NCBI GenBank assembly: GCA_964409625.1
Contig: CAYPEC010000004.1
Location: 1 to 35,943 of the forward strand
Reading direction: 5' to 3'
DNA length: 35,943 bases
DNA from: an uncultured Bacteroidia bacterium
GTDB taxonomy: Bacteria; Bacteroidota; Bacteroidia; CAYPEC01
Numbering within the stretch: position 1 is the first letter of the stretch; every line of letters starts with the position of its first letter. Of the stretch, positions 18,132 through 27,211 are shown piece after piece. The notes beneath the pieces are model-generated. The model was given only the letters and a program-made list of their open reading frames with translations. It searched no databases and had not been told where the DNA came from. The position numbers were made by a program, and so were the translations under genes.

Positions 18132-19355
18132 ATGAATAGCAGTAATCAAACTTACACCATAAACGACAGAACAAAGAAAATTTGTTATGTGCTTATTGGC
18201 ATTGGTGTTCTTGGGCTTGTGTACGGTTTTGTTACCGGAGCATCAGGAGATCGTATTTGGGCAAACTTATTAATCAATAGCTTTTTCTTTTTAGGAATTG
18301 CCGTTGCCTCTACATTTTTTATGGCTTTGCAATATGCAACTGAAGCAGCTTATGCCGTTACAGTTAAAAGAGTTTATGAAGCAATAAGTGATTACATACT
18401 TCCAGGTGCTATTTGTTTAGTAGTAGTTTTGTTAGGGTCTACATTTCATATTAATCATTTGTATCATTGGATGGATTCATCTGTAATGCATGAATTGAAT
18501 GCAGATGGAACAGCTAACGAACATTATGATGAAGTTTTAGCTGGGAAATCCGGATATTTAAACCTGCCTTTTTTCTGGATAAGAACATTATTATATCTTG
18601 GAGTTTGGTGGTGGATGCAGCGAGGTTTTAGAAAGCGTTCATTAGAAGAAGACTTAACAGGAGATATAAATATTCACTGGAAAAATCGTAAGATGGGAGC
18701 TATATTCCTAATTTTTTACGGTGTTACTTCTTCAACTTCTGCTTGGGATTGGATTATGTCTCTAGATGCTCACTGGTATAGCACAATGTTCGGTTGGTAC
18801 ACATTTGCTGGAACTTGGATTAGCGCGATTATTATGATTATATTCTTTACACTATATTTAAAGAGGAGAGGATATTTACAAGAAGTAAATGAAAGTCATC
18901 TGCATGATTTAGGCAAATGGATGTTTGCAGTTAGCTTTTTGTGGACATATCTATACTTCTGCCAGTTCATGCTTATTTGGTATTCAAATATCCCTGAAGA
19001 GGTAACTTATTACCAAGTTCGTTGGGAGTTTTATAAACCAATTATGTGGGGAATGTTTTTTGTAAATTTCTTATTTCCAATGTTACTCTTAATGTCGAGA
19101 GATGCAAAAAGAAATGCTAAATATTTAGTTTTCGTAGGACCAATTATTTTCTTCTCTCACTGGGTTGATATTTACCAAATGGTAATGCCATCAGCAGTTG
19201 TAGCCGACTGGCACTTATTTAATCCTTTAGAGTTAGGATTGTTTTGCGGATTTTTAGGACTCTTCCTATTTATGGTTCATCGCGCTTTAACTAAAGCACC
19301 TTTGATGGTTAAAAACCACCCATATTTAGAAGAAAGTTTACATCACGAAGTATAA
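18132..19355 (+). CDS. actF: ACIII subunit ActF (second NrfD-like membrane subunit)
   Basis: 407-aa polytopic membrane protein in the sixth operon position. Confidence 0.75.
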   Translation: MNSSNQTYTINDRTKKICYVLIGIGVLGLVYGFVTGASGDRIWANLLINSFFFLGIAVASTFFMALQYATEAAYAVTVKRVYEAISDYILPGAICLVVVLLGSTFHINHLYHWMDSSVMHELNADGTANEHYDEVLAGKSGYLNLPFFWIRTLLYLGVWWWMQRGFRKRSLEEDLTGDINIHWKNRKMGAIFLIFYGVTSSTSAWDWIMSLDAHWYSTMFGWYTFAGTWISAIIMIIFFTLYLKRRGYLQEVNESHLHDLGKWMFAVSFLWTYLYFCQFMLIWYSNIPEEVTYYQVRWEFYKPIMWGMFFVNFLFPMLLLMSRDAKRNAKYLVFVGPIIFFSHWVDIYQMVMPSAVVADWHLFNPLELGLFCGFLGLFLFMVHRALTKAPLMVKNHPYLEESLHHEV

Positions 19356-19379
19356 TTTTGAACAAAAAATACACGAAGT

Positions 19380-20396
19380 ATGATTAAGTTACTGGTAATT
19401 GTAGGTTTAATATTATTGATAGTTGCAATATTTCAGCTAATCAGAGTTTTTGAATTATCTGCTCAGTTGAAAGGCAATAAGCATGTTGAAGTTAATGATA
19501 ATGATAATCGTTTAAATGGACGATTGATGATGATTTTCTTAATTGTTTTTATGGCATTTTGCGGTTGGCAAGTATGGGAGTATAAAGATTTATTACTTCC
19601 CGTAGCAGCTTCAAAAGAAGGCATTGAGATAGATTGGTTGATGGATTTTAATATGATTATTATTTGGATAGTTTTTGTTTTATGTGATGTATTACTTTTT
19701 TATTTTGCTTATAAATATTATGGTAGAAAAGGACAAGTGGCTACTTATTTTCCTCACGACAATAAACTAGAAATGATTTGGACTGTAATTCCTGCAATTG
19801 TTTTAGCTGTCATTATTATTTATGGATTGAAAACATGGAATGCCATTACATCTCCTGCAAGTCCAGATTCAATGGTGATTGAGTTATATGCTAAACAGTT
19901 TGACTGGACAGCTCGCTATGCAGGGAAAGATAATACTTTGGGGGCTGCAAATTACAGACTTATTGCAGGAGCTAATCAACTTGGGTTAGATTCGACAGAT
20001 GAAAAAGGGATGGATGATATAATTAAAACAGGTGAAATGCATATACCAAAGGGAAAAGAGGTTTCTTTTCATTTCCGTTCAAGGGATGTACTTCATAGTG
20101 CTTTTATGCCTCACTTTCGTCAACAAATGAATTGCGTTCCAGGAATGACCACATATTTCAAATTTACTCCCACCATTACTACTGCTGAAATGCGTAAAAT
20201 TACTAAGAACGACAAATTTGATTATCTTTTACTTTGCAATAAAATATGTGGTAAAAATCATTACAATATGCAAATGGTAGTTGTAGTAGATGAACCAGCT
20301 GATTATGCTGCTTGGCTTGAAAAGCAAAAAACATTTTTTAATAAGTTAACAGTTGCAATGCCTGTAGTAGAAACAAAAGAAATAGTTCAAAAATAA
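19380..20396 (+). CDS. ctaC: Cytochrome c oxidase subunit II (CuA site present, no fused cytochrome c domain)
   Basis: CuA ligand pattern H...CxxxCGxxHxxM (DVLHSAFMPHF ... CNKICGKNHYNM). No CxxCH motif anywhere in the 338 aa. Confidence 0.85.
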   Translation: MIKLLVIVGLILLIVAIFQLIRVFELSAQLKGNKHVEVNDNDNRLNGRLMMIFLIVFMAFCGWQVWEYKDLLLPVAASKEGIEIDWLMDFNMIIIWIVFVLCDVLLFYFAYKYYGRKGQVATYFPHDNKLEMIWTVIPAIVLAVIIIYGLKTWNAITSPASPDSMVIELYAKQFDWTARYAGKDNTLGAANYRLIAGANQLGLDSTDEKGMDDIIKTGEMHIPKGKEVSFHFRSRDVLHSAFMPHFRQQMNCVPGMTTYFKFTPTITTAEMRKITKNDKFDYLLLCNKICGKNHYNMQMVVVVDEPADYAAWLEKQKTFFNKLTVAMPVVETKEIVQK

Positions 20397-20417
20397 TTAC
20401 ACTAAAGATAAAGAAGT

Positions 20418-22220
20418 ATGTCAATGAATAATCACGATACACATGCTCATGACCATGATGAACACCATCATGAAGAATCTTTTATTAGCAAATATATTTT
20501 CAGTCATGATCATAAAGTAATCTCTCGTCAATTCCTTATCACAGGAATTATTATGGCAGTTATCGGAATGATAATGTCTGTAATCTTTCGTTTGCAGTTG
20601 GCCTACCCTGAGCATAAATTTGCATTTATCAACTGGATGCTTGGTGATAAATGGGGTAAAGACGGTATTCTTGATCCTGAAATGTATCTTGCTCTTGTTA
20701 CTATCCATGGAACTATCATGGTGTTTTTTGTGCTAACAGCTGGATTAAGCGGTACATTTTCGAACCTTTTAATTCCTCTTCAAATTGGTGCACGAGATAT
20801 GGTTTCTGGATTTTTGAATATGCTTTCTTACTGGTTCTTTTTCCTATCAAGTGCTGTGATGACCATTTCGCTTTTTGTTGAGTCAGGACCCGCTTCCTCT
20901 GGATGGACAATTTATCCTCCTTTGAGTGCACTTCCTCAAGCTATGTCGGGTTCGGGCATAGGAACTACACTTTGGTTAGTTAGCATGTCTTTGTTTATTG
21001 TGTCTGCATTATTGGGAGGTTTAAATTATATTGTTACTGTATTAAATTGGAGAACCAAAGGAATGACAATGACTCGTTTGCCATTAACTATTTGGGCATT
21101 TCTTGTAACGGCAATTCTTGGTGTGCTTTCTTTCCCTGTCCTTTTATCTGCATGTTTATTATTAATTTTTGATAGAAGTTTCGGAACAAGTTTTTATTTG
21201 TCTGATATCCATATTGGAGGACAAGCGTTAGAACAAACAGGCGGTAGCCCAATTTTATTCCAACACTTGTTCTGGTTCTTAGGTCATCCAGAGGTATATA
21301 TCATTATTCTTCCTGCGCTAGGAATAACTTCTGAAATTATTTCTGTCAACTCTCGTAAGCCAATATTTGGTTACAGAGCGATGATAGGTTCTATTTTAGC
21401 AATCGGATTTCTTTCCTTTATTGTTTGGGGTCACCACATGTTCCTTACAGGGATGAATCCATTCTTAGGTTCTGTATTCGTATTCACAACATTGTTAATT
21501 GCAATACCATCAGCAGTTAAAGCATTCAACTATATAACTACATTGTGGAAAGGTAATTTGCAATTTACTCCTGCTATGTTATTTGCAGTAGGATTGGTTT
21601 CAACTTTTATTAGTGGTGGTGTTACAGGAATTATTTTAGCAGACTCTGCTCTTGATATTCCAGTTCACGATACTTATTTTGTTGTTGCTCACTTCCACAT
21701 TGTAATGGGTGTTTCCGCTATATTAGGGATGTTTGCAGGAGTTTATCATTGGTTCCCTAAAATGTTCTTGAGAATGATGAATAAAAAACTTGGTTACTTA
21801 CATTTTTGGCTGACTTTTGTTTCAGCTTATGGGGTGTTTTTTCCAATGCACTTTATTGGATTAGCAGGTGTTCCTAGAAGATATTATTCAAACTCGGCAT
21901 TCCCATTGTTTGATAATTTGATGGATATAAATGTAATGATTACTGCCTTTGCGTTATTGGGGGCATTAGCTCAAGGAATTTTCTTATTCAATTTCTTCTA
22001 TAGTATTTTTAGAGGACCAAGAGCAACCGAAAATCCTTGGAAAGCAAATACACTTGAGTGGACAAATGGAGTTGGACATCACCATGGAAACTGGGTTGGA
22101 CCATTGCCAATAGTTCACCGTTGGCCTTACGATTACAGTAAGCCGGGTAAGCCAGAAGATTTCGTTCCACAAACGGTTCCTTTAGAAGAAGGAGAAGTTG
22201 ATGGAGGCGGACATCATTAA
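20418..22220 (+). CDS. ctaD: Cytochrome c oxidase subunit I (haem-copper oxidase)
   Basis: Motifs WFLGHPEVYIIILP, WGHHMF and VVAHFHIVM, with 12 or more TM helices. The N-terminus is His-rich (NNHDTHAHDHDEHHHEE). Confidence 0.95.
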   Translation: MSMNNHDTHAHDHDEHHHEESFISKYIFSHDHKVISRQFLITGIIMAVIGMIMSVIFRLQLAYPEHKFAFINWMLGDKWGKDGILDPEMYLALVTIHGTIMVFFVLTAGLSGTFSNLLIPLQIGARDMVSGFLNMLSYWFFFLSSAVMTISLFVESGPASSGWTIYPPLSALPQAMSGSGIGTTLWLVSMSLFIVSALLGGLNYIVTVLNWRTKGMTMTRLPLTIWAFLVTAILGVLSFPVLLSACLLLIFDRSFGTSFYLSDIHIGGQALEQTGGSPILFQHLFWFLGHPEVYIIILPALGITSEIISVNSRKPIFGYRAMIGSILAIGFLSFIVWGHHMFLTGMNPFLGSVFVFTTLLIAIPSAVKAFNYITTLWKGNLQFTPAMLFAVGLVSTFISGGVTGIILADSALDIPVHDTYFVVAHFHIVMGVSAILGMFAGVYHWFPKMFLRMMNKKLGYLHFWLTFVSAYGVFFPMHFIGLAGVPRRYYSNSAFPLFDNLMDINVMITAFALLGALAQGIFLFNFFYSIFRGPRATENPWKANTLEWTNGVGHHHGNWVGPLPIVHRWPYDYSKPGKPEDFVPQTVPLEEGEVDGGGHH

Positions 22221-22242
22221 AAGAAATTTTTTATAAAAAGAT

Positions 22243-22281
22243 AAATGTCCCTAAATGTATAAATTTGGGGACATTTTTTTT
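22243..22281 (+). terminator. Rho-independent terminator of the ACIII-oxidase operon
   Basis: 9-bp stem aaatgtccc / gggacattt, extended by one G-C pair, around a 16-nt loop or smaller, followed by a T-run (22274-22281). Confidence 0.6.
22260..22267 (+). promoter_or_regulatory. Possible -7 promoter box TAAATTTG embedded in the terminator hairpin
   Basis: gTATAAATTTGggg, 22 nt upstream of the TTG start at 22290. Confidence 0.3.
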
Positions 22282-22289
22282 GTAGCAAA

Positions 22290-22946
22290 TTGAAATCGCG
22301 CCCATTCAAATATTATTTTTTATTCATTTTTTTATTTGCATCTACATTTTCATTTTCGCAAGTAGATATTCTTGATAGCATCCGCACGAGCTTCAAATCC
22401 AAAGGGAAACTGTATTTGAATTTATCTACCAAGAATACTTTTATTGATGGATTTCGTTCACCAATATTGGGAATTAAAATAGGAGTAGAATTTGACAGAA
22501 GAGTGAGAATAGGAGGAGGATTTAACTTCCTGAAAAACCCAATTTATCAGGATAAGTATATTAAAGATATTAATGGAAATAATATTGACACAGTCCCAAA
22601 TGCCCTACATTTTAGTTATATGAGCTATTTTTTCGAATATATATTTTACAAAACAAAACATTGGGAATTTTCTATCCCTACGCAAATAGGAATTGGGAGT
22701 TCACGTTTTGAATACATTTATAATGGGAAAAAAATAACGGAGAACAAAAAAACAATCATCCTTTACGAGCCCTCTATCGCAGGGCATTATAAAGTATTTA
22801 AATGGCTTGGAGTAGGGGGCGATATTGGTTATAGGCTGATGCTTAAAAATAACAAAGCAATCGAACGAAATTTTAATTCTCCCACATTTACTTTTAAAGT
22901 GATGATTTTTTATGGGGAAATCTATAAGGCTCTATTCAAGAAATAA
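22290..22946 (+). CDS. Secreted hypothetical protein, possibly an outer-membrane beta-barrel; TTG start
   Basis: Signal peptide YYFLFIFLFASTFSFSQ, alternating hydrophobic beta-strand-like segments, and an aromatic-rich C-terminus. There is no in-frame ATG near the N-terminus. Confidence 0.55.
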   Translation: MKSRPFKYYFLFIFLFASTFSFSQVDILDSIRTSFKSKGKLYLNLSTKNTFIDGFRSPILGIKIGVEFDRRVRIGGGFNFLKNPIYQDKYIKDINGNNIDTVPNALHFSYMSYFFEYIFYKTKHWEFSIPTQIGIGSSRFEYIYNGKKITENKKTIILYEPSIAGHYKVFKWLGVGGDIGYRLMLKNNKAIERNFNSPTFTFKVMIFYGEIYKALFKK

Positions 22947-22950
22947 TTTT

Positions 22951-24321
22951 TTATCCGAATAGTGCAGAGAAGACATCTTCGATTTTCGCAACAAATTTTA
23001 CTTCAATTTTATTGCGAGAAATATCCAATCCTTTTTTGTTGTATTTAGAAACAAAAATAGTTTCAAATCCCAATTTCTCTGCTTCTGATATTCTTTGTTC
23101 AATGCGGTTCACAGGGCGTATTTCTCCGCTTAATCCAACTTCAGCAGCAAAGCATGTTTTTTGCGAAATAGGAATATCTTCAGATGAAGAAAGTACAGCA
23201 CAAACTACTGCCAAATCAATCCCTGGGTCTTCCACTTTTATTCCCCCTGCAATATTTAAGAACACATCTTTAATTCCTAATCTAAATCCACATCTTTTTT
23301 CGAGTACAGCCAAAAGCATTGCTAGTCTTCGTAAGTCAAAACCTGTCGCACTTCGCTGAGGAGTTCCATAAGCTGCAGTGCTAACTAATGCTTGTGTTTC
23401 AATTAACATTGGTCGCATACCCTCCATAGTTGCTGAAATTGCAATTCCGCTCACTTCTTCTTCTCGGCTGGTAATCAATATTTCGGAAGGATTGCTAACT
23501 TCTCTTAAGCCAACTCCCTGCATTTCGTAAATTCCTAATTCGTTAGTTGAACCAAAACGATTTTTTACACTTCTTAGTAAACGATACACATGGTTTCTAT
23601 CTCCTTCAAATTGTAGAACAGTATCCACCATATGCTCTAAAACCTTTGGTCCTGCTATGCTTCCGTCTTTTGTAATATGCCCAATTAAGAAAACAGGAGT
23701 TCCGCTTTCTTTAGCATAGCGCAACATTTCTCCTGCACATTCTCTAATTTGCGAAACACTTCCGGGCGAAGATTCTATATGTGCAGTATGCAATGTTTGA
23801 ATAGAATCAATAATGACAAGACTTGGCTCCAACTGTTCAATTTGCTTGAAAATATTTTGAGTAGAAGTTTCAGTAAGAATGTAACAATCGGGATTATTTA
23901 TTCCAATTCTTTCAGCGCGCATTCTAATTTGCTGTTCGCTTTCCTCACCTGAAATATAAAGCACTTTGGTTTTTTTCATTGCTAATGCTAATTGAAGCAT
24001 TAGTGTTGATTTTCCAATTCCTGGTTCTCCACCAAAGAGTGTTAAAGAGCCAGGAACAAGCCCTCCACCAAGTACACGGTTTAATTCTTTATCTGGGAGC
24101 AAAGAGCGGTGTTCGCTATCTAATGAAATTTCATTTATTGATAATGGCTTTGCTGCTCTTTGGCTTGTAGTGCTAATTCCAGGAGTTTTTGATTCTTCTG
24201 TTTTATTAATTATTTCTTCCACAAAAGTATTCCACTCATTACAGGATGGGCATTTGCCAACCCATTTTGGGGATTGCGCTCCACAGTTTTGACAGAAGAA
24301 TGTTGTTTTAATTTTAGCCAT
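22951..24321 (-). CDS. radA: DNA repair protein RadA/Sms
   Basis: N-terminal zinc finger CQNCGAQSPKWVGKCPSCNEW, Walker A GGEPGIGKST, the KNRFG motif, and a Lon-like C-terminal domain. Confidence 0.95.
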   Translation of the reverse strand: MAKIKTTFFCQNCGAQSPKWVGKCPSCNEWNTFVEEIINKTEESKTPGISTTSQRAAKPLSINEISLDSEHRSLLPDKELNRVLGGGLVPGSLTLFGGEPGIGKSTLMLQLALAMKKTKVLYISGEESEQQIRMRAERIGINNPDCYILTETSTQNIFKQIEQLEPSLVIIDSIQTLHTAHIESSPGSVSQIRECAGEMLRYAKESGTPVFLIGHITKDGSIAGPKVLEHMVDTVLQFEGDRNHVYRLLRSVKNRFGSTNELGIYEMQGVGLREVSNPSEILITSREEEVSGIAISATMEGMRPMLIETQALVSTAAYGTPQRSATGFDLRRLAMLLAVLEKRCGFRLGIKDVFLNIAGGIKVEDPGIDLAVVCAVLSSSEDIPISQKTCFAAEVGLSGEIRPVNRIEQRISEAEKLGFETIFVSKYNKKGLDISRNKIEVKFVAKIEDVFSALFG

Positions 24322-24340
24322 TGAGGAAATAATTCTGCTT

Positions 24341-25213
24341 CTAAATTACTTTATAATTCTTGTATTCGCCTAATCGGTGACCAGTAATTTTTTCAACGAT
24401 ATTTTTCAATTTGTCTTTCGTTGAATATTTGTTGTAGGATATATCGTAGTCAAAATTCCAATTCATTTTTTGAATTCTTTCCTGCATTACCTTAGGATGA
24501 GAGCCAATAAATTTGGTTAATGCATTGATATTTGAATAATCAAATTCTTCTTTTTTAGCAATATTTTTTTTCATCCATTCATCATCATGCCACATCTTAT
24601 GAAACGATTCTTGCTTTGCCTGCATTGCCTTTGGCTGCTTTACCCAACCGTAATGATTGATGTAAGCATTAATAGGTTTTACATTTAGTTTTTCATTGTC
24701 ACCTTTTCTAAATCCCTGCGCATCGCGATACGAATAAATATTTTTATCGTTTTTAATCACTCTGATTTCATTTTTGTACCATTGACTCGATTCGCCTAAA
24801 TAATCATAAGAGCCATAAAAATGATTGTAATTAAAAAGCAATCCATCAACCTCTTTTAGATCCTTCCATTTCTTCATTTCAGATAAAATTGTATCCAAAT
24901 ATTTTTCGTGAATTACTTCATCTGCCTGAACGTAAAAAGCCCAATCAGAATTTTTTGAAATTGCTCGAAATGCTTTGTCAGTTTCAATAGCCAGCACTTT
25001 ACCTCCTTCGCGCAATGAATCATCCCAAGTGGTTTCTATGATTTTTATTTTAGGAGAATTAATAGATTTAATTAGCTCCAGAGTATTGTCTTCAGAATTT
25101 CCTACAGCAATTACAAATTCATCACAAATAGGAAGGATAGAATTAATCGATTCTACAACGGGATAATCAAATTTTATGGCATTTCTGACAAAAGAAAATC
25201 CGCTGACTTTCAT
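24341..25213 (-). CDS. Glycosyltransferase family 2-like protein
   Basis: N-terminal GT-A-like fold signature (SGFSFVRNAIKFDYPVVESINSILPICDEFVIAVGNSEDNT ... VQADEV). The call rests on family resemblance only. Confidence 0.65.
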   Translation of the reverse strand: MKVSGFSFVRNAIKFDYPVVESINSILPICDEFVIAVGNSEDNTLELIKSINSPKIKIIETTWDDSLREGGKVLAIETDKAFRAISKNSDWAFYVQADEVIHEKYLDTILSEMKKWKDLKEVDGLLFNYNHFYGSYDYLGESSQWYKNEIRVIKNDKNIYSYRDAQGFRKGDNEKLNVKPINAYINHYGWVKQPKAMQAKQESFHKMWHDDEWMKKNIAKKEEFDYSNINALTKFIGSHPKVMQERIQKMNWNFDYDISYNKYSTKDKLKNIVEKITGHRLGEYKNYKVI

Positions 25214-25731
25214 TACGAATTTTTTATTTTCTTTTCTATTGAAGTTGTTGAGAAGCCCTCTAAGAAAGGAATTGCAATTACTTTTCCGCCATATGATTTT
25301 ACAACATCAGAACCCACAATGTATTTTTTACTTTGAGGATTTGTTTCGTTTACATCATAATCAGCACCTTTTACAAGTACATCAGGGCGAATTGATTGTA
25401 TTAATTCAAGGGGAGTATCTTCATTAAATAAAACAACTAAATCAACAAAATGAAGCGAAGCAATAATGGTTGCTCTTGATATTTCATCTTGTATAGGTCT
25501 TGAAACAGCTTTTCCCAAACGCTTTAAGGAATCATCGGTATTTACAGCAACAATTAAAATATTTCCGCAATCGGCTGCTTTGGCAAGGTAATCTACATGA
25601 CCCTGATGAAGAATATCAAAACATCCATTAGTAAAAACGATGGAATTACTTTTCAATCGCAAGCGCGCAATTTCGCGAAGCAATTCTTCCTGCGATTTTA
25701 TTTTATTTTTTATGATTTCAAGCTTGTTCAT
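25213..25731 (-). CDS. Cytidylyltransferase-fold nucleotidyltransferase (RfaE domain II / heptose-1-phosphate adenylyltransferase-like)
   Basis: Motif FTNGCFDILHQGHVDYL (the HxGH nucleotidyltransferase signature). About 170 aa, stand-alone. Confidence 0.8.
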   Translation of the reverse strand: MNKLEIIKNKIKSQEELLREIARLRLKSNSIVFTNGCFDILHQGHVDYLAKAADCGNILIVAVNTDDSLKRLGKAVSRPIQDEISRATIIASLHFVDLVVLFNEDTPLELIQSIRPDVLVKGADYDVNETNPQSKKYIVGSDVVKSYGGKVIAIPFLEGFSTTSIEKKIKNS

Positions 25732-26728
25732 TTTTGTTAAGTATCGGAAGTAAAATTAAAGATAAAACGCCTAACAAAACAATCAGCACTAAACTGGATG
25801 ACCACACAATCCATGAAAATGCAAAGGCAGTAGAGAATGAAATCAAATAAATTTTGGTGAGTGTATCGGTTACTAATAATTGATAAGCTCCTGTTCCTCC
25901 GGGAACAAAAATAATTCCTACGCTACCAAATATTAAAACTGCCAATGCTTCGCCAACTCCGAGCTGTGAAGTTTCTTCAAATGCAAAGAATGAAACATGC
26001 ACAATGGCATAATACATTGTCCAGATAAATACAGAATGAAAAATAAATAACCCCGGATTTTTTAAATTGCGGATGGATTTAATCCCTTGCCAGAAGCCCA
26101 TTGCAAAGCCAATCATTTTTTCGAAAATTGTGTTGGATGATTTTCTTTTGCGAAGAAAAATGAAAACAATAATAAATAATACAAGGACTACAGTTATCAA
26201 TGCAAAACCTTTTCCGCCAAAGAGCGGCATTAGTTTTTGTTGCAGGGGAGTAATTATTTTTTCGCTTACATGCGTAGATATTTTTTCGAACTGTGTGTAA
26301 AGAGTAATGAAGAAAATTATCATTAAACAAATTACATCAAATACTCTTTCAGTAATAACTGTTCCAAAGGATTCAGTAAAAGGAATTTTTTCGTACTTGG
26401 TTAAAACTCCACAGCGCGAAACTTCGCCAAGGCGTGGAAGAGCAAAGTTGGCAAGGTATCCAATCATTACCGCAAAAAAAGTATTGCTTGTTTTTGGATT
26501 ATAACCCAAGGGCTGAAGCAACATTCTCCAGCGCATGGCGCGACTTAAATGGCTAAGAAAACTAAGAAATATTGAAAATATAATCCATGAATATTTTGCT
26601 TTGCCAAATGCTTCGGCAACATTTGCTTTGTCTTCGGCAGTAAGGTCTTTTACTACCAGCCAAATCAATAAACAAGCGATGCCAATAAAAAATAAAAACT
26701 TCGTTATGGTTTTTGCTTGTTTTTGCAA
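25718..26728 (-). CDS. Flippase-like membrane protein (UPF0104 / lysyl-phosphatidylglycerol-synthase TM-region family), with no synthase domain
   Basis: 336 aa with about 8 TM helices and a conserved basic loop SRAMRWRMLL. Confidence 0.7.
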   Translation of the reverse strand: MQKQAKTITKFLFFIGIACLLIWLVVKDLTAEDKANVAEAFGKAKYSWIIFSIFLSFLSHLSRAMRWRMLLQPLGYNPKTSNTFFAVMIGYLANFALPRLGEVSRCGVLTKYEKIPFTESFGTVITERVFDVICLMIIFFITLYTQFEKISTHVSEKIITPLQQKLMPLFGGKGFALITVVLVLFIIVFIFLRKRKSSNTIFEKMIGFAMGFWQGIKSIRNLKNPGLFIFHSVFIWTMYYAIVHVSFFAFEETSQLGVGEALAVLIFGSVGIIFVPGGTGAYQLLVTDTLTKIYLISFSTAFAFSWIVWSSSLVLIVLLGVLSLILLPILNKNEQA

Positions 26729-26731
26729 AGT

Positions 26732-27085
26732 CTATTTTCTGATTTTGTTTGTAGCTGTATCAGGGAAAACAATAGCGGGCTTAAATGATTCAACCTCATC
26801 ATTATTTAATCCGCAATACGCAACAATAATAACTTGGTCATCAACTTTAAATTGATTAGCCGCAGGACCATTTAAACAAATAATGCCCGAACCTCTTTCG
26901 CCTTTAATTACATAAGTAATAATGCGTGCATCATTCGAATAATTAAACACATGCACCTGTTCGTTCTCAGTCAATTTAGCAGCATCCATTAAATCTTCGT
27001 CAATGGTAACGCTGCCTATATAATCTAAGTTAGCTTCAGTAACTTTTGCTCGGTGTATTTTCGATTTTAAAAATTGTCGTATCAT
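26732..27085 (-). CDS. panD: Aspartate 1-decarboxylase
   Basis: [32 protein letters not shown], including the G|S self-cleavage site. Confidence 0.95.
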   Translation of the reverse strand: MIRQFLKSKIHRAKVTEANLDYIGSVTIDEDLMDAAKLTENEQVHVFNYSNDARIITYVIKGERGSGIICLNGPAANQFKVDDQVIIVAYCGLNNDEVESFKPAIVFPDTATNKIRK

Positions 27086-27117
27086 GTTAGTATTTTCCTT
27101 TTCTCAATTTCGGATGG

Positions 27118-27125
27118 CAAAGGTA
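27118..27125 (-). promoter_or_regulatory. -7 promoter box TACCTTTG for the panD operon
   Basis: The minus strand reads ttaCCTTTGcc, the same extended motif as at 2141-2151, 33 nt upstream of the panD ATG. Confidence 0.5.
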
Positions 27126-27211
27126 AGGAAATTTGGTTTTGGGAAAAGGCAGCGACAAACTTTCAAATTATATCACCTGGCTTACCCATTTCAAAATCCA
27201 TTGTTTGTGAT

